DNA from: Hormiphora californensis
Taxonomy: Eukaryota; Animalia; Ctenophora
Direction of reading: 5' to 3'
Assembly (NCBI GenBank): GCA_020137815.1
Contig: CM035358.1
Location: forward strand, 6,758,001-6,822,000
Length of the DNA stretch: 64,000 nucleotides
Position numbers and translations under genes: made by a program. Shown piece after piece: positions 1-64,000 of this stretch; position 1 is the first letter of the stretch, and every line of letters starts with the position of its first letter. A model generated the notes under the pieces. That model searched no databases. It had not been told where the DNA came from and saw only the letters and a list, made by a program, of their open reading frames with translations.

Positions 1-557
1 TCACCCGGCTAGTGCTTAAGGCTGGCCACTCAGTGGCCAGAGGTTTAATTCCCGGTTGAGGCAATTTTTGAAAAATTTCTAGAGACTTTACCAAATACTA
101 TTTGAACTTTTTCTTGACTTTTTAAAAAGTTTTTTATCGCACTCAAATGAGTCCCAATGTGTCAAACCCCAGTTTTGTGACTCATCATTTCATAGGCAAA
201 ATAAGTTTCCTCGATTCTATGAAATTAGCCAATTTAGCCTAGTTAACCTCAAGTTTATGAATTAAGAAAGTTTATACAAACTGTTTTAAAGCCTTAATTA
301 TTGTAAATTAACACTTTAAAGTACGTAAAGCTATTAAAAAAATATGGTATACTTTGGTATACTTTGGTACCTTCCACATATTTTTTTGGAATTTTCCATA
401 TGCCAAAGTATACCAAAGTATACCAAAGTATACCATGGGAACCCCCCCTGACAAATAAACTTCTTCATTTTGCACTACCAATCACCATTCGATTGCTGTA
501 GTTGTTATTATTCGGCATTCATTTTAGTGCAAGTTTTCATTATTCCCATTCTCCTAG

Positions 558-54397
<53,840 letters not shown>

Positions 54398-56250
54398 AAC
54401 TTATTGACCCCCGGCACCCCCCCCCCCCCCTCAAAAACAGTGCTCCTTTTTGACTTTGGGACCCTTTTTTCCACAGTTTTTCTATTTGTGCTGCACTTCA
54501 ATGGTCAAGTACTGGTTGCTTGTACAAGTCAGCAGGACTGTCTACAAAGTGTGGCTTGTTTTACTTCTAGTTAAGCCCCTGTTTAGATTAATTAGCCTGT
54601 AATATAACTTATATTTTTAGTTTGCTGTGCAGCATTGGGAATAAGCTTGCTGCTATTTTTTGCAGACAATTTAGATGACAAACAAAAAGACCTGTATTTA
54701 TTATTTTAGTTTTACTACTTTTAGTTATGTATATAGCGTGTGAAGTGTATCATGTTATCAGTTATGTATTTATTTTGTATCAAACTATATCATTTGCACA
54801 AACAAAAACAGTCCATTTGATTTTGATTAAGGGTCACCACTGGTGTGTGGTGACTGGTGAGTCACCAGTCACCACACGGCACACACCAACGTTAAAATTA
54901 GCGCGAGATCGTTCGCGTTACTTTTAGTAGTAAGTATGGCCATGGGGTGATCAGACATTTTAACGGCCGCTGGTGTGTGCGGCGTTAAAATTTTAATTTT
55001 AACGTTGGTGCAGTGTGTGCTTGGAAATGGAATCCTGGCCTAATTGTTTTGATTATCCTCCCCAAATTTGATAAACAAACGGGGTCTGGTGACGCCAGAA
55101 GGACTCAATTGAGTCTATGACCATGATAAATAAATTAAATAAATAATAAAATAAAAATTAACAAGGACGTCAGTTTTTGCACGCGCAAATTTATTTATTG
55201 GATGTCATATGATTTGCGCGGCGGAAGATTTTGATCGCGCGCGCGTGTTTTTGTGTCTTCAAACTTTTTGTGCGTGATTTTTCACCTGGCTTTGCACTTT
55301 TCTCACAGCCTCGTGAGTGCAAGTGTCGATGGACACTGGTCCCAGCAGTCACACTGGTACAGTTTCATTTGCTACGCGAAGCATTTCTTGGATCATAATT
55401 TCTTGGCATACAGGAGCTTTTGTCAGCAAAGCCAATTCTTTGGAATGTCAGGGGTGCCGGGTGGGCTTCGCAAGTCGCATCGGCAGCGATGAAAGTTGAA
55501 ACCGGACAGATGTGAGCTGCTGTAGACAAGGGCGGCGTAGCGAGTCGAATGAAGATCTGAAAAAACCTGTTGGATAAGCCAAAGATTAAGCTCTGTGAAA
55601 CATGCGTGAAATTGTTGACTCACGCGAAGTTAAATTCTACACAGCTTAAGAAAGAACTACTTTTCCGCTTGCGGTTTTAAACTTCCATGTATGCATAAAT
55701 TACCTGCTGTTTGTTAGAAGGTGAATGTCTTGGCAAAACAGTTTTGGCATCCATGCAATTGGAGTTCCAACTTGAAGTTTCTACAGAAACAGGTCTGACA
55801 AATGTGTCCCGACCGTCGGGACCCGACGTGCATAATGCGAGGAGCATGCAACACTCACATTTTCCTCAAACATTGGTCATTGGTGCGCCGTCATATAAGC
55901 CGCCCGCATAAGGCATTTCCTACGAAGTGGTCTACGACGCAGTCTGCTTACATAGATTTCTTTAGTTTTCGTGTGTCTTGGACGTCATGAACCGTGCTGT
56001 GGCCTGTGTGGGCGACCAATATGACAGAGCTCCACTGAAAGGCGGTTTCAACGATGGAATCTCTCAGTTTAGAGCTCTAGAGTGATATAATTTGATCGTT
56101 TTGGAGACATTTCGAAATGGTTCGCTAGACACACAAGTGATGCAGCGCAGAACGTAAAATACATTTTACACTGCATATAACTCAAATGTGTGACGGAGCA
56201 CGTCCTATAAGGCGCCCTTATGTCTTATAATTATGCCTTAATTTTATATA

Positions 56251-57808
56251 CAAGGTGGGCCACGGATTGTTGGTCATGGTTAGCGAGGTGGTGCGTCAAA
56301 ACGGTGATAGTTGTGAGAATAAAAATTATGGGAGCACTCTGGATCAATTCCTTGGTAACTTTTTCCATAATTTTTTGTCAAAAATTCGAAAATTCATTTT
56401 TCATTCCTTCATTCATTTCTCGTTCATTCATGATGTGAGCATCCTAATTTTCCATCATTATGCTATTTTTCTTTGGCTTGAGTTTATCTTTCCAATGAAC
56501 ACCATGAAATTGAAGCACCAGGTCACTCAGCAGTTGAGAAAATGTTCATGCATGATTTTGGCTCTTTTTGCGACTTTCAAACAGCTGTATCACAGCTACC
56601 TTTCGTTCAATCTTCTTAAAACTTTGGGAAAACATTAGATAAGCAAAGATCTTTGCTCACAAGAAAAATCAAGGCCAAAGGTCAAAGTTCATTTTTCATT
56701 TTTGTTAGTTCATTCCGTTCATTCAGGAACCAACATCCCTAAAGTGATGAAAAGGTTTGGGTTTTGTTTGGCCCATGTCCTGCAATGACAGAGAGGTGTA
56801 ATAGCGTGTTTCCGGGCTAGTTTGTGGGTGTCCATGTGATCATGATGATATCTGACACCTTTTCTGAGCCATGATTAAGGGATTTTCTCAAATTCAAGCA
56901 TGTAACTTGGTTTTTCTGCGATTAGTACCGTGCAGCAATGTTATGAGATCTCATAACACCTCAAAAATGATGATTAGCTCAATGAAATGAGTTGATTTAT
57001 GATTGAAAAGATTAAAACCGATGTCAAATTGAACGAAACGAACAATTACATCATAAATCAACTCATTTCATTGAGCTAATCATTATTTTTGAGGTGTTAT
57101 GAGATCTCATAACATTGCTGCACGGTACTAATCGCAGAAAAACCAAGTTACATGCTTGAATTTGAGAAAATCCCTTAATCATGGCTCAGAAAAGGTGTCA
57201 GATATCATCATGATCACATGTACACCCACAAACTAGCCCGGAAACACGCTATTACAGCTCTCTGTCATTGCAGGACATGGGCCAAATAAAACCCAAACCT
57301 TTTCATCACTTTAGGGATGTTGGTTCCTGAATGAACGGAATGAACTAACAAAAACGAAAAATGAACTTTGGCCTTTGGCCTTCATTTTTCTTGTGAGCAA
57401 AGATCTTTGCTTATCCAATGTTTTCCCAAAGTTTTAAGAAGATTGAACGAAAGGTAGCCGTGATACATCTGTTTGAAAGTCGCAAAAAGAGCCAAAATCA
57501 TGCATGAACATTTTCTCAACTGCTGAGTGACCTGGTGCTTCAATTTCATTTTCATGGTGCTCATTGGAAAGATAAACTCAAGCCAAAGAAAAATAGCATA
57601 ATGATGGAAAATTAGGATGCTCACATCATGAATGAACGAGAAATGAATGAAGGAATGAAAAATGAATTTTCGAATTTTTGACAAAAAATTATGGAAAAAG
57701 TTACCAAGGAATTGATCCAAAGTGCTCCCATAATTTTTATTCTCACAACTATCACCGTTTTGACGCACCACCGCGCTAACCATGACCAACAATCCGTGGC
57801 CCACCTTG
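56251..57808. mobile_element. Long palindromic Tc1/mariner-like non-autonomous element
   Basis: About 750-bp inverted arms starting CAAGGTGGGCCACGG with a ~45-bp spacer near 57003-57048; TA on both flanks. Confidence 0.9.
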
Positions 57809-58396
57809 TACTTGGTCACTAAAATTATATTGTATTTATGACATTATATGATTTTATGTACGTAGATCACAATGAATAAATAAATACGGTTCGCGTCAAG
57901 CCTGTTATGATTTTTTTGGTTCAAGTGAATTGTACATGTAGTATTTGACACGCTTGAGGCCTCACTGCATTGAGTTTTATGGAAGCGTGCAACAAAATAG
58001 GTTGTTTTGTTCAAACGGGGGGGGGGGGGGGGGGGGGTTGGAACAAGGCAACAAAATGGCGCCTGTGCCCTACATCGTGCGGCTCTATTCTTATGCACAC
58101 ACTCTTTATGCTCCTAGGAGACGAGGTATTAACCGAGGGAAGTCCATTTAAGGATAAATCGACTATACAATCCGTCCCCTATGGCTGCCAAGTTGAGACA
58201 GAGAAAGAATGCTCCTGAAATGATTTCCATTTCTCTCAGGGTGGAGTGTCTCTTATATATTCTCGTTTCTTCTTAACTACTATCCTTCCTCTCTCTCTCT
58301 CCTTTCTATCTCTATCCTTCCTCTCTCTCTCTCTCTTCTCTTCTATCTCTCTCCTTTCTATCTCTATCCTTTCTCTCTATCTCTCCTTCCCCTCTC

Positions 58397-58462
<66 letters not shown>

Positions 58463-61400
58463 TTATTTTTTCCACTCTCTTCCTCTAGGTTCTCTGAGTA
58501 ACGCGTTGTCTCAACTATTGCCCCTGAAACGAAGTATATACCTGCATAAATATGATTAGGTTATAGAACCATTTGCTCTCTCGTTTTTTCCTCTCGTGAG
58601 TCCCCTGATGACCGATGATCATTTGTGCTCCTTCATAAATACATTTGCTCCTTCATATTTTTCTAATTAGATTCCTGATTGATTTATCACTATCAAGCTA
58701 TATTAAATCGCACTCTCTCTCATCTCTAACTGTATCACATAACCCCACGGTGTCTTGTCCCGTTTGTTGTTGATCGAGTTGTAACATATATTTCAGAGAT
58801 AGAAAGACAGAGAGATAGAGATAGAGACAGAGAGGAATGGAAATTAGAACGAAGAAAGCCAAAACTATGATATTGAGAGGGATTGGGGACGCCACGGATA
58901 CGCCCCTTGTTAAACGATGGACTATGTCGTTTGAGAGCGAGATCCACTATGTATGGATATTAGCATTTGGTTTTATATCGTTCCAACATTCCCTCCATAC
59001 CTCTCTCGACCTATAGTAGCTTGGTGGGGGGGATCATTTCCCGCTCCTTTTCTACGGCCCCTTCGAGTCGCCATATTGTAAAATGATAGTATCCATTGTT
59101 ATACGGGGAAACCGCAATAGTACAGCCAAACAGTCCTAGCGGCAGCTTCTCTTTCTATCTTTCTATCTTTCTATCTTTCTAGCATGTTATGTTGCTTGTA
59201 TACATGATGTACTACTTTCTCTCAGATACATGTCCCTTCAGATTGATCTTCCTTAAATTTCTTCCAATATAGAAACTCAGGGTTTGGTCCAATTAAAAGA
59301 GCATTTGAAAGGTCAATCAATCAAATTTATATTACATGTGGTCTGACAAGTACAATTGCTATAGGACGTCTATTATTTAAGTAGGAGGCTTGACGAGTCA
59401 AGATAATTTCGAGATATCCTAATTTCGAGTTAGCCTAAAATTATAGTTATAGTCACAATATATAAAAAAAATTGTCTGGCTCGTTTTTAACATAATTTAA
59501 TCCAAACTCATCTAAAAAGAGGTCAAAATGGTTCTAACAAAAACCAGTGTTCTAGAGAATTGTCAGGCAAACATTTTGGCTGTCTCAGGTATCGCATTTC
59601 TTTTTGCCTAGTTTTGAAGACGATATATCTGACGATTGGGTACGTTACACCTTGGGAATGGTGTGGGGGGTGGGGCGGGGCGTGTTTCGGGGGGGGTGTC
59701 AGTAGAACAGCAGACTAAGAGGCGAAGTGTCAATTGAACCAAAATGTTGGCACTGGTTTTCTTTTGTACGAACCATTTTCATTTATTTTTTCGATGTGAA
59801 GTTTTCTGGGATTATTTAACCCATTGTTGCCACAGATATCGGAAATTATATGTGAGTGAATTGTGCCTCCAATTTTATACTTGGTAATAGCCATACCTAG
59901 CAGCCACATATTGAAGTTGAAAAAGCGGAAGTCCTCTATCTTATCGGGAATGCTTAAAACAACCTGCTCTGTCGCAAAACGCATCCACTGTACGTCCCAT
60001 TTGTCGCAGACAACTTTTCACAAAGTGTCATTTGTGTACGGCTAAAACTTTCCTAACTGCAATCAATTTTCTTAAATTTTCCAACTTATAGAGACTTCTA
60101 ATCTTATTCCAAAAAATATTTATGTGCTATATCTAGTTTTTGTCCTCGCGGTGCAAGGTTATATAAACTTATCGGTTGCGTTTCTCAACAACATTCTGGA
60201 GCTAACTGGTTAGATTCAGTGGACAAATACACCTGTATGCTTGCACTGACATATCTGACATGAAGGCCTGCGTATATCCATAGTAATAATGGTGTTTTTT
60301 CCTCTGACACTACTTGATAGCTTGTACCGTATTCGCTTCTTATAATTCCCTCTATCTGCATCAGATATATCTCTTCCTCTCCCAGGTAACACCATAAGCT
60401 ACACGGTGGTGGGGGTAAACAATGACAAGCCTGTGCCTTGCTCTCAATACTAACATTGTGAGGGCAAACTACTAGACATAATTACATGTACAAGAAGTGA
60501 CCACTGTAAAACGGAAGTGGACATTGAGGCGTAGGTTGTACCCATGAGTGTGTCAAGTGTTATACAGAGGACATGTGCTGACCAGTACCATGTTTCTCTG
60601 GGAGAGATAAGAAGATAGAACGGATAAGTGAGTAAAAGTGATTGATTAAATATTCGTATAGAGTCATAACAAAGTCATTGCGTGGTACACATGAGCGAAC
60701 TATGTCACCTTTGTGCTCACTCTGGTCTCTTGACTATCGTGTTGTAACAAAGTATTTAATGGTGAGATAATATAATGCTCATACGTTTTACATACTGCAA
60801 AATCATACTTAATAAGAAGAAATACAGTAGAGAATCCCACTCTTGCGTTGTGAGTCAGAGAGGCTAGGCCTCTCACAGCGCGTCTCAACATACAGGAACG
60901 AACCTGGCAGGGTAATACGGAGGTCTAGAGTGAGGAGACTCCACACGACACACAGTAGTGGTGAATAGAAGAACCAGTATCTGCAGTGGAGGAATGTAGA
61001 GTGGTGTCGTGGTGTAGTCCAGGAGATGAATGAGAAGCAAACTAAGCAAAACTAATGTATGCGCCTGATAAGATATGAGCAACGTCAATGTGCGTTCGAC
61101 ACATTGAATAAACATCCTACGACAATAACTTGTCATTGTAGTTTCATACCAAACATTCGTTATCGCACGTTCTTTACTGCGGACCTTCCTCAGTCCCACT
61201 CACAAACCTAACATCTCTCCAACTGGAGTACATAGATACCATAAGTGTAAAAAGTGAGTGAGCCCGTATACCAATTCCTGTGATACCGTCTGTGTCAAAG
61301 TGAGGTGAAGGATATGTACAAACGCACATCACGCGAACAAGTGATTTCCGCGATGCTCACAGTTATGATGTGTCCACTCCCTCTTCTCCCTTACTTATCT

Positions 61401-62354
61401 CTCACGCGCTGAGGTCCGTCGACATATCTCCAAGCCTCTCTCCCATGGCTCATGAGATCTCTATACGCCACACTTACCCCTTTCATTCCTCGTGTAACTA
61501 ATCGTTATCTTGTGGGCTGCTATCTCTGCGAACTGTTTCATGCTGTCTACCCCCTCAACCTTCCACTTGCGTGTCCTCTTAGCAATCTCGATTTATTTGT
61601 CGCGTGCGTCACCTACAACCAATCCTCTTTCTCTCCACACACCCCAGCTGCATTCTGATATCATCAGTTACGGTCGTGTACAAGACATAGCATACATGAG
61701 ACATGTCCCTCCAAGTTACGGACAGAAGATCGTTGCGCTGTTTGCACGCACATCCAACGACAGGAATGAAGAAAGAGGGGGTGGTAAAATAAAGAGTTGG
61801 CATATACAGAGTAATGGCAACACAGAACTAGATAAAAAACATGCTGTGAAAAGGTGCGACGTACAGGAGTCGCAAAAGGAGAGATAACGCATCTCGTGAG
61901 CAAAGTAATATGTTTAGTTTCAAACAAATAGTCTGACTACTCAGCTCACTTAAGTAGTGTGTGTTTCTGTGAATACCATTACGTGTTAACAACCTCTCGC
62001 TTAGATAATGAGGGGTAAAACTACATATATGAACATAAAGAAGTGATATCAAGTGTAGTCGAATTAACTATACTACACATGGTGTGGGAGGCTAAGTATG
62101 TGAATTTACACTCTCGCGTGTTAGAATATTAGATGAAAGCTAGCTCACCTCTGTGTTTTTAAAATGTGCAAGAAAAAATGTTGACATGGCTCACAAAGGG
62201 TGTTGGTGAGGAAAAATATCTCCGCTTCACATCTCAATACGCAAGTTTGTGCAGGCATAAAGGGATGGCTGGCCTCACGATAGCTGGAGTGGTGTGGTCT
62301 TACACTCTTGGGAAAATGGTGTGCAGAGTACGAAGTGAAGGCAACACTTGTGCT

Positions 62355-63180
62355 TCGAGGAGTCCTCCCACGCTCCCCTGGCGTTCCCTAAGTTGTTGCT
62401 GGTGGTCTTTGAGTTGTCCCAGACGATCACTGGGACCTCATGGGTGCTCCATTTGCCGTTTTGGATGCTCCTTGATTCGTCCTGGGACATCCCAGGTGCT
62501 CCTTGAGACGTCCACTTTGCTCGAGGAGTCCTCACACGCTCCCTGGGTTGTTTCAGGCGTTCCCTAAGTTGTTGCTGGTGGTCTCTGAGTTGTCCCAGAC
62601 GATCACTGGGACCTCATGGGTGCTCCATTTGCCGTTTTGGATGCTCCTTGATTCGTCCTGGGACATCCCAGGTGCTCCTTGAGACGTCCACTTTGCTCGA
62701 GGAGTCCTCACACGCTCCCTGGGTTGTTTCAGGCGTTCCCTAAGTTGTTGCTGGTGGTCTCTGAGTTGTCCCAAACGATCACTGGGACTTCATGGATGCT
62801 CCATTTGCCGTTTTGGATGCCCCTTGATTCGTCCTGGGACATCCCAGGTGCTCCCTGAGTCGTCCACTTTGCTCGAGGAGTCCTCCCACGCTCCCTGGGT
62901 TGTTTCAGGCGTTCCCTAAGTTGTTGCTGGTGGTCTCTGAGTTGTCCCAGACGATCACTGGGACCTCCTGGGTGCTCCCTTTACCGTTTTGGATGCTAAT
63001 TTAGTCGCCCTGGGACATCTCAGGTGCTCCCTGAGTCGTCCACTCTGTTTTAGGAGTCCTCCCACGCTCCCTGGATTGTTTCAGGTGTTCCCTAAGTTGT
63101 TGCTGGTGCTCCCTGAGTTGTCCCAGACGATCACTGGGACCTCCTGGGTGCTCCCTTTGCCGTTCTGGGTGCTCCCTAAG
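62355..63180. repeat. 176-bp tandem repeat (about 4.7 copies)
   Basis: GAGGAGTCCTC recurs at 62523, 62699, 62875 and about 63052; GC-richer than flanks. Confidence 0.9.
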
Positions 63181-64000
63181 TCGTGCCGGGTGCCTCTAGC
63201 TCGTCCCAGATGTCCCATGAGGGCATAGGTTAGACATATAAAACACTAGAATCGTTAATAACAAGATAAAAATGGCCCAGAGTCATTTACAGTACTAAAT
63301 TGTTTACTTTATAGATGTTGCGAAAACGCAACGATTGGAAACGGTTCATATACACACTTTCAACCAACCACAGTTGTAAAATGTAGTGTCTATAAGCATT
63401 CTGATGTATAATTTTGCTAAATATCCCACTTAATGACTCAGAAACCGGCAGAAACAGCCAAAAAGTGTATTGCGAAAACGCAACGATAAATTTTTTGAGT
63501 TGATTTTTTTGCTTTAATCGATTTTAAAAAATATAAAAAGGCACCAAAAACAGCCCTATAATTTTTATTTATTCTAAATTGCCCCTTAACATGCTTTTAA
63601 ATCCTCCAATATATGCCCCGTGCCAGTGTAGCGTTTCCGCAACCCACTTGTTTGAGGCTCTACAGGGCCAACAGGAAATCCGTTTGAGATCTAGTTTTTT
63701 TACAGAAACATCTCTGAACATTTCTCTAACTGATCAGCTATGTGTCATATCGGTAACTAGTCGAGATATATTACATAAATGCACATTTATGTGCATTAGT
63801 CCGAATGCCAGAAATTAGTACTTTTTGATTGATAATTACTGAAATTAGGGTCAATTCAGAAAACTTGTTAATGGCTAAAATTTTAGTTCGAACGATTCTC
63901 TAGTGATGTGTGGTGGTTACAGCATTTCAAATGCTCATATCTAGCCGTAATACGCCTCCAAACCTGGGTTGCGATAACGCGTCACAGGTCACTAATGGGT

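Noticed and set aside
55200-56200. Possible decayed transposase
   Set aside because: No recognisable DDE or other motifs in any frame.
59560-60045. Possible piggyBac-like remnant
   Set aside because: Only vague Cys and GTYS hints with stops; no TTAA-bounded ends identified.

Overview
Eukaryotic (animal) genomic DNA, most likely a cydippid ctenophore such as Pleurobrachia. That call rests on a near-complete match to the ctenophore spliced-leader (SL) exon as I recall it, at 19541-19583. About 54 kb is one + strand gene of roughly 60 exons encoding a very long coiled-coil protein with a PMFBP1/CCDC18-like C-terminus; its start lies upstream of the window and its stop is at 54395-54397. Three protein-coding genes are nested antisense in its introns: an intronless SVOP/SV2-like MFS transporter preceded by a decayed SL relic, a spliced secreted SAARP-like protein, and a spliced secreted two-domain mucin-like protein. 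The introns also hold a three-layer nest of two TIR elements plus an APE-RT LINE with a -1 slippery site, many MITEs, and many tandem duplications spanning splice junctions. The most striking signal is a set of RNA-to-DNA insertions: (i) an SL exon fused directly to a Penelope-type minimal hammerhead core; (ii) a concatemer of about 7 x 485 bp of a highly self-complementary unit with an inverted end and a 12-bp TSD, resembling cDNA of a circular (retrozyme/viroid-like) RNA; (iii) the SL-relic retrogene. Stretches 12640-13560 and 40900-42880 and scattered exon frameshifts look like long-read consensus errors.
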